Below, one piece after another: positions 9,589 to 19,161 of a stretch of DNA of 64,000 nucleotides (positions are counted from its first letter, which is position 1; every line of letters starts with the position of its first letter). Source of the DNA: Candidatus Kapaibacterium sp. (lineage in GTDB: Bacteria; Bacteroidota; Ignavibacteria; Kapaibacteriales; NICIL-2); assembly GCA_025055755.1 (NCBI GenBank), contig JANWWF010000004.1:810-64809 (forward strand), given 5' to 3'. The notes beneath the pieces were generated by a model that saw nothing but the letters and a program-made list of their open reading frames with translations, had not been told where the DNA came from and made no database searches. The translations under genes and the position numbers were made by a program.

Positions 9589-10836
9589 ATGAAAACAGCG
9601 CTCATCACCGGCATCACAGGGCAGGATGGATCGTACCTGACAGAATTTCTCCTTGCGCAAGGGTACACGGTGCACGGTATAATCCGCCGTTCGAGTGTCT
9701 TCAACACTAACCGCATTGACCACGTGTACAAAGACCCAAACGTGGTCAACGGAGAAGCACAATTGTTTCTCCACTACGGTGACCTCAGCGATCCTGGACT
9801 ATTAACTGAACTCATCTACAACATACGCCCTGACGAAGTGTACCATCTTGGGGCGCAAAGCCATGTACGCGTTTCCTTCGACATGCCCGAATACACGGGC
9901 AACATTACCGCCCTCGGCACAACACGACTACTGGAAGCAATACGGCGGAGTGGAATTCGCCCACGCTTTTACCAAGCCTCTTCCAGCGAAATGTTTGGTG
10001 CCGCGCCCCCTCCCCAGAATGAACATACTCCCTTTGCACCGCAAAGTCCTTACGCCATCGCAAAACTCTATGCCTACTGGATGACGTGCAACTATCGGGA
10101 TGCATACGGACTGTTCGCATGTAATGGCATTCTTTTCAACCACGAATCCCCACGTCGAGGAGAGACGTTTTTGACCCGCAAAGTCACCCGTGCTCTTGCA
10201 TTCATGCTGAGTGGTAAGCAGCGGACAGTGTACCTGGGCAATCTCGATGCACGGCGTGACTGGGGCTACGCGCCTGAATACGTGCAAATGATGTGGCTGA
10301 TGCTTCAACAAGATCGCCCCGATGATTATGTCGTCGGCACTGGAGAAACGCATAGTGTCCGTGAATTTGTCGAAGAGGCGTTTTCCTACGTAGGCATTGA
10401 GCTGGAATGGCGTGGCGAGCGATGCAATCAGCAAGGTATCGTCGCCAGCGTTGCCGAGCGGTGGGATCATGTCCTCCGCCCAGGGGATGTTGTCGTTCAG
10501 GTTCTCCCGAAGTACTTCCGACCAACCGAAGTTGATGTGCTACAGGCGGATATTACCAAAGCTCGCCAACAGCTTGGTTGGGAGCCGCAAGTCCACTATC
10601 GCGACTTAGTGCGTATTATGGTGGACTACGATCTGCTCTTTGAAGGTATCGAGCCGCCCGGTGAAGGCATCGCTATCGAACAACAGCTCGGCTATACATG
10701 GATTCAGCAGCCACCATACAACGTCACCGGTGGATTGGATTCTTACCAGCGGCTTCCCATCAAGACAGAGCGGCGGCTGGTCCAGACCGTTGCCGAACTG
10801 CTTGCTCATGTCGAACAGGAGGAACACGATCTTTGA
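9589..10836 (+). CDS. gmd: GDP-mannose 4,6-dehydratase
   Basis: [17 protein letters not shown] after a CAGGAGG RBS; [31 protein letters not shown]. Confidence 0.98.
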   Translation: MKTALITGITGQDGSYLTEFLLAQGYTVHGIIRRSSVFNTNRIDHVYKDPNVVNGEAQLFLHYGDLSDPGLLTELIYNIRPDEVYHLGAQSHVRVSFDMPEYTGNITALGTTRLLEAIRRSGIRPRFYQASSSEMFGAAPPPQNEHTPFAPQSPYAIAKLYAYWMTCNYRDAYGLFACNGILFNHESPRRGETFLTRKVTRALAFMLSGKQRTVYLGNLDARRDWGYAPEYVQMMWLMLQQDRPDDYVVGTGETHSVREFVEEAFSYVGIELEWRGERCNQQGIVASVAERWDHVLRPGDVVVQVLPKYFRPTEVDVLQADITKARQQLGWEPQVHYRDLVRIMVDYDLLFEGIEPPGEGIAIEQQLGYTWIQQPPYNVTGGLDSYQRLPIKTERRLVQTVAELLAHVEQEEHDL

Positions 10837-10914
10837 CGCATACCATCTTGCGCAGACCGCGTGCTTTTTCTGAGCAGTGGCGCTCAACAACCATTTTTGG
10901 TGCACAAAGGGAGC

Positions 10915-10922
10915 TAATTTTG
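10915..10922 (+). promoter_or_regulatory. Bacteroidota-type -7 promoter element (TAATTTTG)
   Basis: TAnnTTTG about 30 bp upstream of the M16 peptidase start. Confidence 0.55.
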
Positions 10923-10953
10923 TCGTAGCATAGTTTCCCACCCGGAGCTTTCC

Positions 10954-13776
10954 ATGAAAGCTTTCTCCAGCGCAACTGCACTCTTTCCCTTTTTGGCATT
11001 TCTGCTTTTTGCCCAGCCTTCTCCCATTCCCCAGGACCCCGCACTCCGCAGTGGCAAGCTCTCGAACGGATTGCGATACTTTCTCCTGCCCCACAAAATG
11101 CCTGCTCAGCGGCTTTGGATTATGCTCTCCGTAGGGGCAGGATCCATGGAAGAAGATGACGACCAGCGCGGACTGGCACACTTTGTCGAGCATATGGGCT
11201 TCAACGGAACCCGCCACTTCCCGAAGCAACAGCTTATAGAAACCCTTGAGTCATTCGGCATGCGCTTTGGGGCGGACTTGAATGCATTCACCGGCTATGA
11301 AAGCACCAACTATATTCTCCAAGTGCCCTCTGATCGCCCTGATGCTCTTGACACTGCACTTCTAATCCTCCTCGATTGGGCAACAGGGATACAGCTGGAT
11401 TCCCTCGAATTTGAGAAGGAGCGACCAGTCATTATCGAAGAGTGGCGATTGGGAAAAGGGGCAGAGGACCGCATGTGGCAGAAGCAGGCACCAATTGTGT
11501 ACCAAGGCACGCGCTACGCCGACCGCGATCCAATAGGCGATACTGCTGTGCTACTTCGTGCCCCTCTGGAAGCTGCCCTCCGGTACTACCGCACCTGGTA
11601 TCGCCCCGACTTGATTGATATCATCGCTGTCGGCGATGCGGAGATGGAGCAGGTAGAGCGTAAAATCCGCCAGTTGTTTGATACGATAGCTTCTTCTTCT
11701 ATTCGCCCGCGTCAGCGGGAGCTGTTGCCCATTCTTGCACAGCCTATCGTCGCTGTTGCTGCAGACCCTGAAGCAATGTTGACCCAAGTGCAGTTCACTC
11801 TCCGCTTGCCTTATACCCCGCCGCGCACTCTCGATGACTGGCGTCAGAACCTGATAGAACGGCTGCTGGCAGAGATCATCGACGCTGAACTGGAAGAACG
11901 AATCAAGCAACCGAATCCACCCTGTCGCTTTATCAGTACAAGCCTAAGGAAATCGACCGGTGGCCGCCGGGAGCTGAGTTTTAGCGCTCTTCTTGTTGTG
12001 CCAGGAGGCATTGAATCTGCTCTTTGCATGGTAGGCACCGAAATTGAACGCGCTCGTCAGCACCGCTTCACTCAATCGCAGTTGGATCAAGCCCGCCAGA
12101 AGCTACTCCGAGAGTACGAACGCCAGTGGACAAACCGCAATAAGGAGGAAAGTGAAAATCTGCTTTTTGAGTTGTGGAGAAAAATTGAGGCTGACGAGGT
12201 ACCCACCAGCCCAGAATTCCGCTACAAGTCTGCCCAAGCAATTTTGCCGACGGTGACACTCGAGGAGTTAGAGCAGACAAAAGCACAGCTTTTACGCCGG
12301 GAGGGGACTGTGGTGATCGTCTCGTCGGAGGAAAACAAAGACGTTCCGCCACCGACCGAGGACCGTATCCGTGCTCTTCTTGATTCGATCGCTTCTGTTG
12401 CCCATCCACCATACCAGGAGGTTGCAGTACCACAGACACTGCTTGAGTCGCCTCCAAAACCAGGCACAATTCGCAGTGAAAAGACTCTCCCCCGCAGTGG
12501 AATACGCCTGTGGACCCTTTCCAACGGTATTCGCGTGGTGCTTAAGCCAACAACCAACAGCGACGATGAATTCCACATTCGCCTATTCCGTTCAGGCGGC
12601 CATTCTCTTGCCAGCGATGCCGATTTTCCCTCGGCATACTTTGCAGCGGAGATTGCGGCTGAATGTGGCGTTGGGCGTTTCTCACTGGTAGAAATCGAGC
12701 GCTTCTTGAAGGGGAAGATTGTAAAAGTCAGTCCTTTCATCCGCGAACTGCTCGAGGGCATAGAAGGGAGCGCTTCGTGGAAGGATGCAAAGACGCTTTT
12801 CGAGTTGCTGTACCTTCATGTAACCGCTCCCCGTTTCGACAGCAGCTGTTTTGCCAGCTTTCTAGCAAAGAACACAGCTTATTACGAAAATTTGAGCCGT
12901 CTTCCCGATCTACGATTCTACGATACGCTCGAGTGGGCAGCAGTTAGCTACCACCCGCGGCGTCAACCCATAGGAACTGCCTTGCTCAATGCCATCAGGC
13001 TCGACCGCGCAGCAGCATTCTACCGTGCTCGATTCCAGGACATGGCAGGTGCAACAGTAATCATCGTCGGACGATTTGATCCCGACTCCCTTCGCCCATT
13101 GGTCGAGCGCTATCTGGCAAGCTTACCTGCCCGCCGCATCACCCATCGCTGGCGCGACCGTGGCATCCGCTTTATCCGTGACACCGCTTGGCGATATATC
13201 TACGCTGGCATCGAACCAAAAAGTTATGTCAATCTGCGATTATTCGGCACTACGGTGCGTCCGACGCTGCGCGAGGAAATCGCTGCTCAGCTCCTACAGT
13301 ACGTGCTCGATCGTCGCATAATGGAGATTGTGCGAGAAGAGAAGGGCGCCAGCTACTCCCCTGGAGCAAGCGTTAGGATTCTCCGTCGTCCTGAGCTGCA
13401 GCCGATTGTGAACATGTTCGCTTCGTGTGCACCGGATAGTGTGCAGGAGGTTCTGAAAACGTTCTGGAGCATTGCTGACACATTGGGTACCGCACCGCCG
13501 GACACAGCGCGCCTGGCACAAGGAAAGGTAATTCTCCTCCGCGAGCATGAGCGCGCACTCCAGGCTGACCGGCAAATCCTCGGTAAGCTCACGGAGGCGT
13601 ACTGGTATGGTGATGATCCCGAGCAGTGGCTGCTGGCGTATCCAGCTGTGGTGCGGTCGGTGAGTGCCTCGGAAGTCCGCGATCTTGCTCGCCGATACCT
13701 TTCGCGTTCGCGCTGGCTTGCCTGCGTGCTTATGCCAGTATCTCTTCCGCCACAGGCAACCGGACACGGTAAATAA
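10954..13776 (+). CDS. Secreted M16 family zinc metallopeptidase (PqqL-like)
   Basis: Signal peptide; GLAHFVEHMGFNGT (HxxEH), FGADLNAFT, second lobe LSNGIRVVLK; 940 aa. Confidence 0.95.
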   Translation: MKAFSSATALFPFLAFLLFAQPSPIPQDPALRSGKLSNGLRYFLLPHKMPAQRLWIMLSVGAGSMEEDDDQRGLAHFVEHMGFNGTRHFPKQQLIETLESFGMRFGADLNAFTGYESTNYILQVPSDRPDALDTALLILLDWATGIQLDSLEFEKERPVIIEEWRLGKGAEDRMWQKQAPIVYQGTRYADRDPIGDTAVLLRAPLEAALRYYRTWYRPDLIDIIAVGDAEMEQVERKIRQLFDTIASSSIRPRQRELLPILAQPIVAVAADPEAMLTQVQFTLRLPYTPPRTLDDWRQNLIERLLAEIIDAELEERIKQPNPPCRFISTSLRKSTGGRRELSFSALLVVPGGIESALCMVGTEIERARQHRFTQSQLDQARQKLLREYERQWTNRNKEESENLLFELWRKIEADEVPTSPEFRYKSAQAILPTVTLEELEQTKAQLLRREGTVVIVSSEENKDVPPPTEDRIRALLDSIASVAHPPYQEVAVPQTLLESPPKPGTIRSEKTLPRSGIRLWTLSNGIRVVLKPTTNSDDEFHIRLFRSGGHSLASDADFPSAYFAAEIAAECGVGRFSLVEIERFLKGKIVKVSPFIRELLEGIEGSASWKDAKTLFELLYLHVTAPRFDSSCFASFLAKNTAYYENLSRLPDLRFYDTLEWAAVSYHPRRQPIGTALLNAIRLDRAAAFYRARFQDMAGATVIIVGRFDPDSLRPLVERYLASLPARRITHRWRDRGIRFIRDTAWRYIYAGIEPKSYVNLRLFGTTVRPTLREEIAAQLLQYVLDRRIMEIVREEKGASYSPGASVRILRRPELQPIVNMFASCAPDSVQEVLKTFWSIADTLGTAPPDTARLAQGKVILLREHERALQADRQILGKLTEAYWYGDDPEQWLLAYPAVVRSVSASEVRDLARRYLSRSRWLACVLMPVSLPPQATGHGK

Positions 13777-13827
13777 TTCGATGCGGACGGCATCCAGTAG
13801 GGTGTGTTAAGCGAGAACAACGGTTCG

Positions 13828-13835
13828 TAAGTTTG
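13828..13835 (+). promoter_or_regulatory. Bacteroidota-type -7 promoter element (TAAGTTTG) for icd
   Basis: Exact TAnnTTTG in the intergenic region upstream of icd. Confidence 0.5.
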
Positions 13836-13907
13836 CGCTTTGTGTGCAGGGCACTCCCCTGGACGCGGGAGCTGCACAGGGATGTTCATTCACTTGTGAG
13901 TTTGTTC

Positions 13908-15368
13908 ATGGCACCAAACGACAAAATCGCGGTTACGCTTATCCCGGGCGATGGCATAGGTCCAGAGTGTATCGAGAGTGCACGCCGCATTATTGACGCT
14001 GCTGGAGCTGGCATTGAATGGGAAGTCTGCGAAGCGGGTGAGAGCGTGTTCAAAAAGGGCATTCCTTCGGGAGTCCCCAAAGAAACAATTGACTCCATCC
14101 ACCGCACGCGGTGCGTGTTCAAAGGTCCACTGGGAACACCGGTCGGTTATGGCGAAAAGTCGGCGAACGTCACGCTCCGCAAGCTATTTGAAACGTTTGC
14201 GAATGTTCGTCCCGTCCGCGAAATGCCCGGTGTGCCGACTCCTTATAGCGGCCGCGGCATTGACTTGGTGGTGGTCCGTGAAAACGTCGAGGACCTCTAC
14301 GCCGGCATCGAGCACATGCAAACGCCTGGCGTTGCGCAGTGTCTCAAGCTCATCAGCCGCAAAGGAAGCGAGAAAGTCATTCGCTTGGCGTTCGAGCTTG
14401 CTCGTGCGGAAGGACGCCGAAGCGTTGCCTGTGCCACCAAATCCAACATCATGAAGCTGACCGAAGGAACATTCAAGCGTACCTTCGAACGGGTTGCCCA
14501 AGAGTATCCCGATATCCAAGCATGGCACGTCATCGTGGACAATTGCGCACACCAGCTTGTCAAAAAGCCTGAGCAGTTTGACGTTATCGTTACCACAAAC
14601 ATGAATGGGGACATTCTGTCGGACTTGACCAGTGCGCTCATCGGTGGATTAGGCTTTGCACCCAGTGCCAATTTGGGCAACGAAGTTGCGATCTTCGAAG
14701 CCGTTCATGGCACCGCACCGAAGTATGCCGGCAAGAATGTTATTAACCCCACGGCGGTTATCATGAGTGGGATTTTGATGCTGCGCTACTTAGGCAAGTT
14801 CGAGGCAGCAACGCTTGTGGAAAATGCGCTCCTGGTCACCCTTGAGGAAGGAAAGTACCGCACTGGGGACGTTGTCGGCTATGATAGCGGTCTTGCTGCC
14901 ACCACAACTCAGTACACTGATGCGATCATTGCCAATCTCGGGAAAGTACCACAGCGCACCCCGGTGCGGCAATACAAGCCACTTTCGATTCCTCGGTTGC
15001 CTTCCGACCCGGTAATGGTGCGTCCCTCATCGCGGCGAGTAGTGGGCGTGGACATTTTCATCGAAAGTCCCCTGTTGCCTGCCGAGCTTGGACCATCGCT
15101 TGAGCAGCTTACCGAGGGAACGGCACTCAAGCTCAAGATGGTCTCCAATCGCGGCACACAAGTCTATCCCGACAAGGGCACCATCATTGACTGCGTGGAC
15201 CACTATCGCTGTCGCTTTATTGCCCGCGATCCCGCTGCGGACTTGCGCGATGAAGACCTCTACCAGCTCATTGAGCGAGTGGCAACGGCTCACCGCTGGG
15301 TGCACATCGAAAAGCTCCAGGAATTCGACGGCGAACCTGGCTTTACCAAAGCCCAGGGCGAAGACTAA
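13908..15368 (+). CDS. icd: Isocitrate dehydrogenase (Thermus/Rickettsia-type, with C-terminal domain)
   Basis: IPGDGIGPE, SANVTLRK, RENVEDLYAGIEH, NMNGDILSD, EAVHGTAPKYAG, C-terminal ...FTKAQGED. Confidence 0.96.
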   Translation: MAPNDKIAVTLIPGDGIGPECIESARRIIDAAGAGIEWEVCEAGESVFKKGIPSGVPKETIDSIHRTRCVFKGPLGTPVGYGEKSANVTLRKLFETFANVRPVREMPGVPTPYSGRGIDLVVVRENVEDLYAGIEHMQTPGVAQCLKLISRKGSEKVIRLAFELARAEGRRSVACATKSNIMKLTEGTFKRTFERVAQEYPDIQAWHVIVDNCAHQLVKKPEQFDVIVTTNMNGDILSDLTSALIGGLGFAPSANLGNEVAIFEAVHGTAPKYAGKNVINPTAVIMSGILMLRYLGKFEAATLVENALLVTLEEGKYRTGDVVGYDSGLAATTTQYTDAIIANLGKVPQRTPVRQYKPLSIPRLPSDPVMVRPSSRRVVGVDIFIESPLLPAELGPSLEQLTEGTALKLKMVSNRGTQVYPDKGTIIDCVDHYRCRFIARDPAADLRDEDLYQLIERVATAHRWVHIEKLQEFDGEPGFTKAQGED

Positions 15369-15407
15369 GCTACATCGCCGGTTTATCGCAACATCGCCGA
15401 AATAACG

Positions 15408-15448
15408 CACGAGCGCGGAGACCAGATGCTCCGCGCTCGTGGTTTTTT
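15408..15448 (+). terminator. Intrinsic terminator between convergent icd and dnaK
   Basis: 13-bp perfect stem CACGAGCGCGGAG/CTCCGCGCTCGTG, 8-nt loop, followed by GTTTTTT. Confidence 0.85.
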
Positions 15449-15474
15449 CGCCCAGTTTAGGGTTGATAGTCGCG

Positions 15475-17376
15475 TTACTTGTCGTCCACAACGGTAAACT
15501 CGGCGTCTTCGACGCCCGGTGTGCTGGATGCACCGCCGTCGCTTCCGCGAGCACCGCTTGTCGTAGATGAGGCACTGGTCGCCTGATACATCGCCGCGCT
15601 GGCGTCGTTCCACGCCTTTGTCAGCGCGTCCATTGCGGGACGAATATCGCTCGGGTTGTTCTTGATTGCATCGCTGAGACGTTCTTTCGCCTGCTCAAGA
15701 CGGGTGCGATGTTCCGCCGGAATCTTATCGCCAAACTCCCGAAGTTGCTTTTCGGTTTGATAGACAAGCTGATCGGCTTGGTTGCGCAGCTCGACTTCCT
15801 CCCGCCGTTTCTTGTCCTCTGCCGCGTGTTCTTGCGCTTCTCGTTTCATGCGTTCGATTTCTTCCCTGCTCAAGCCTGACGATGCAGTGATGCGAATGTC
15901 CTGCTGCTTTCCAGTTGCTTTGTCGCGAGCAGTAACTGTGAGGATGCCGTTCGCATCAATGTCGAAGGTCACCTCGATTTGCGGCACACCGCGCGGCGCA
16001 GGAGGAATACCGTCGAGATGGAACCGCCCAAGCGAGCGGTTGTCGCGTGCCATCGGGCGTTCGCCCTGGAGCACGTGAATTTCCACTGAGGTTTGGTTGT
16101 CCGTTGCTGTGGAGAAGATTTCCGTCTTCCGCGTTGGGATGGTGGTATTCGCCGGAATCATCGGCGTCATCACACCACCGAGCGTTTCGATCCCGAGTGT
16201 CAGCGGAGTGACATCGAGCAGGAGCACATCGGTCACTTCACCAGCAAGGACTGCTCCTTGAATTGCTGCACCGACGGCAACGACTTCGTCCGGATTGACG
16301 CTCTTCGATGGCTCTTTGCCGAAGAAATTCCGCACCAGCTCTTGGATCCGCGGAATGCGGGTAGAGCCACCGACGAGAATGACTTCGTCGATCTTGTCCG
16401 GCGTCAATTTAGCCGCTTGGAGCGCTTGCTCGCATGGCTTGAGCGTTCGCTCGAACAAATCGTTGCATAGCTGCTCGAATTTTGCCCGCGTGATGGTCAT
16501 TTGCAGGTGCTTTGGACCATCCGCTGTTGCGGTGATAAACGGCAGGTTGATTTCAGTCTGCAGCATTTGCGACAGCTCGATCTTGGCTTTTTCTGCTGCC
16601 TCGCGGAGCCGCTGCAGTGCCATCGGATCGTTGCGCAGATCAATGCCTTCCTGCCGCTTGAATTCGTCAGCGATGTAGTCGATCAAGCGTTGATCGAAGT
16701 TGTCGCCGCCCAGGTGCGTATCACCGCTGGTTGCTTTGACCTCGAAGACGCCTTCGCCAATTTCAAGGATCGAAATGTCGAACGTCCCGCCGCCTAAGTC
16801 ATAGACGGCAACGGTCATCGTGCGACCGCGCTTGTCAAGCCCGTAGGCAAGTGCTGCTGCTGTCGGCTCATTGATAATCCGGCGGACGTTGAGTCCTGCG
16901 ATTTCCCCTGCTTCTTTTGTCGCTTGCCGTTGGGCATCGTTGAAGTATGCGGGAACTGTGATCACCGCATCGGTGACCTTTTGCCCCAGGTAATCCTCGG
17001 CGGTTTGCTTCATTTTCTGGAGAATCATCGCCGAGATTTCCGGTGGAGCATACAGGCGTCCTTCGATCTCCACGCGGACGGTGCCACCATCGGGACCGGG
17101 GACAACCTTATAGGGCACCATCTTCGCTTCTTCGGTGACCTCGTCCCACCGGCGCCCCATGAAGCGCTTGATCGAGTAGATGGTGTTGCGGGGGTTGGTA
17201 ATTGCTTGCCGCTTTGCCGCTTGTCCGACAAGACGCTCACCCGTTTTGGTAAACGCCACAACCGATGGTGTCGTTCGGCTTCCTTCGCTGTTGGCAATGA
17301 CGACGGGCTGCGTGCCCTCCATTACCGCGACAACAGAGTTTGTCGTTCCTAAATCAATGCCAATGATTTTGCCCAT
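15475..17376 (-). CDS. dnaK: Chaperone DnaK (Hsp70)
   Basis: [56 protein letters not shown]. Confidence 0.99.
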   Translation of the reverse strand: MGKIIGIDLGTTNSVVAVMEGTQPVVIANSEGSRTTPSVVAFTKTGERLVGQAAKRQAITNPRNTIYSIKRFMGRRWDEVTEEAKMVPYKVVPGPDGGTVRVEIEGRLYAPPEISAMILQKMKQTAEDYLGQKVTDAVITVPAYFNDAQRQATKEAGEIAGLNVRRIINEPTAAALAYGLDKRGRTMTVAVYDLGGGTFDISILEIGEGVFEVKATSGDTHLGGDNFDQRLIDYIADEFKRQEGIDLRNDPMALQRLREAAEKAKIELSQMLQTEINLPFITATADGPKHLQMTITRAKFEQLCNDLFERTLKPCEQALQAAKLTPDKIDEVILVGGSTRIPRIQELVRNFFGKEPSKSVNPDEVVAVGAAIQGAVLAGEVTDVLLLDVTPLTLGIETLGGVMTPMIPANTTIPTRKTEIFSTATDNQTSVEIHVLQGERPMARDNRSLGRFHLDGIPPAPRGVPQIEVTFDIDANGILTVTARDKATGKQQDIRITASSGLSREEIERMKREAQEHAAEDKKRREEVELRNQADQLVYQTEKQLREFGDKIPAEHRTRLEQAKERLSDAIKNNPSDIRPAMDALTKAWNDASAAMYQATSASSTTSGARGSDGGASSTPGVEDAEFTVVDDK

Positions 17377-17420
17377 TGCACTTTCGCAAAAGAAAGTTTT
17401 ACATCTACCTAATTCTCCGT

Positions 17421-17435
17421 ACAGGAATCATGCCA
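17421..17435 (-). promoter_or_regulatory. Possible sigma54-like -24/-12 promoter of dnaK (TGGCATGATTCCTGT)
   Basis: TGGCAT -24 box with correct spacing, but GT instead of GC at -12; preceded by TGCCA/TGTCA repeats. Confidence 0.4.
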
Positions 17436-17613
17436 ATGCACAAACCGCAGCCAGTATGACAGAAAAACGTGGCATTTTTTCGGCACTTGTGCAGCTTGGC
17501 AGAGTTGTGGCAGGATTTCTATCTTTTCTGGGGGGAAAGAAGGGCAGCAAGCTTGGATATGATAATGCAATGCCACAAGCTCGTTCCAACAGCGCAACGC
17601 CTCAACGGTGGCT

Positions 17614-17991
17614 TTATCTTCTTCCCAGCACGCTATGACTGTCCGGCAGCTGAATCTCTGCTGCCTGACAGACGGCCCTGATGAGTGCGTCAGGAACAGT
17701 GCCAGTAGTACTGCGTTCGAGTTTCCCCAATCGCACGTGGAGGGGATCAGTTCCAACAACATCGCAGCACTGCTCGAGCACCGATTCAACCAACGCAATG
17801 AGAGCTACTTCAGACGCTTCAATAGCGCCGCGCCATCGGCAGAATTCTTCCGGCTTAGCGGTAACAATGATTGCGTGGGTACAGCAGTTGAGAATCCGTT
17901 GCGTCTTGCGATCAATTTTGCCCCCCGTATCCACCAGCACAAGACGCTTCGTCTGCTGAAGGTTGGTGATCGAGTCCTCTGCAAAGAGCTG
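17614..17991 (-). pseudogene. 5'-truncated relic of the ATPase domain found fused to CRISPR ring nuclease Csx3/Crn3
   Basis: QLFAEDSITNLQQTKRLVLVDTGGK...ILNCCTHAIIV..KPEE...W...VESVLEQCC...VPDALI matches my recollection of the C-terminal half of Csx3-AAA proteins. An in-frame TAA lies immediately upstream and there is no Walker A motif. Confidence 0.6.
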
Positions 17992-18045
17992 TTATGTAGT
18001 GCTGAAGGGTGAGATAATCCAAAGTCTTCCTTCCATAGCAAACCA

Positions 18046-19161
18046 TCACTCCGCCACTGCCCGTATGAACATCTTGCCGGGCAATTGCCGCACCATGCCG
18101 CGGAATTCCATCATTAGCAGCGCCCCGAGCACTTCGCCAATCGACATCCCCACAGCCGCAGCGATGTCGTCCACATGCTGCGGCTCACTCGACAGTTGCT
18201 GCCAGAGCTGCTCTTCCAGCGGGGACTCAAACTGCAGGGTCGGCTGCTGCGGTGCGGCGGAGGGTTGTACGCCCAGCTCGGCAAGCAGGAGTTCGGGGCT
18301 GACGGCTGCCTGCGCTTTTTGCTGCGCTATCAGCAGATTTGTGCCCTCGCTGGTGGGCGCAAGGATGGACCCTGGCACCGCAAATAGCTCGCGTGATTGA
18401 TCGAGCGCAAACTGCGCTGTGATGAGCGAGCCTCCCGTGCGCCGGCTTTCCACTACCAGCACCGCGCGTGCGATGCCGCTAATGATGCGATTGCGCTGCG
18501 GAAAGTAGCCAGGACGGGCAACTGTGCCCAGGGGATATTCACTCAGCACTGCGCCACCGGTGCGAACAATGTGCTCGGCAAGCCGCCGCGCCGACGTTGG
18601 CGCAAGCCGATCGAGCCCCGAGCCTATGACGGCATACGTTATGCCACCTGCCTCAAGCGTGGCGGTGTGTGCAATCGAGTCAATGCCGGTGGCAAGTCCG
18701 CTGACGACAATGCAGCCAGCGCGTGCTATCTCGCTGGCAAAGCGCTCGGCACAGAGCTTGCCGTAGGTGGTGCAGCGCCGCGTACCGACGATAGCAATTG
18801 CCAGCGCATCGGCTGGCTGCAGCGTGCCCTGGACGTAGAGCACCACGGGCGGATAGGGAATCTCGCGCAGCAAAGCGGGATAGTCGTCGTCCCAGAAGGT
18901 CACTGCTCGCGCATTGAGTGCTGCTAAGCGTTCGCTGTGCTCTTGTGCGCGGCGGCGAAGTTCTTCTGGTTGCAGAGGGTCGAAAAGATGTTCCTGCCGC
19001 AGCCGCTTTTCCATGCGCGGCGGGGGATGAGCCATCGCTGCTTCGAGCGAGGGGCACTCCTCGACCGCGGTGCGGATGTCCACGCTGGCAAGTCCGCGCA
19101 CAAGGGCAAGCGCCAGAATGTCCTGCCGCGACCAGCCGTCGGGCAGTGGGGGCACTACCAT
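18046..19161 (-). CDS. dprA: DNA-processing protein DprA (Smf)
   Basis: AIVGTRRCTTYG, VSGLATGID, FPQRNRIISG, GGSLITA, VPGSI...SEGTNLLI, C-terminal winged helix. Confidence 0.97.
   Translation of the reverse strand: MVVPPLPDGWSRQDILALALVRGLASVDIRTAVEECPSLEAAMAHPPPRMEKRLRQEHLFDPLQPEELRRRAQEHSERLAALNARAVTFWDDDYPALLREIPYPPVVLYVQGTLQPADALAIAIVGTRRCTTYGKLCAERFASEIARAGCIVVSGLATGIDSIAHTATLEAGGITYAVIGSGLDRLAPTSARRLAEHIVRTGGAVLSEYPLGTVARPGYFPQRNRIISGIARAVLVVESRRTGGSLITAQFALDQSRELFAVPGSILAPTSEGTNLLIAQQKAQAAVSPELLLAELGVQPSAAPQQPTLQFESPLEEQLWQQLSSEPQHVDDIAAAVGMSIGEVLGALLMMEFRGMVRQLPGKMFIRAVAE

Noticed and set aside
17377-17600. CIRCE/HrcA operator for dnaK
   Set aside because: No TTAGCACTC-N9-GAGTGCTAA match on either strand
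17583-17616. Possible degenerate CRISPR repeat (GTTCCAACAGCGCAACGCCTCAACGG) next to the Csx3-ATPase relic
   Set aside because: Single copy, only loose resemblance to known repeats, no spacer periodicity
15782-17638. Antisense ORFs on dnaK
   Set aside because: Well-known antisense-frame artefact of hsp70 codon bias; fragmented and without motifs
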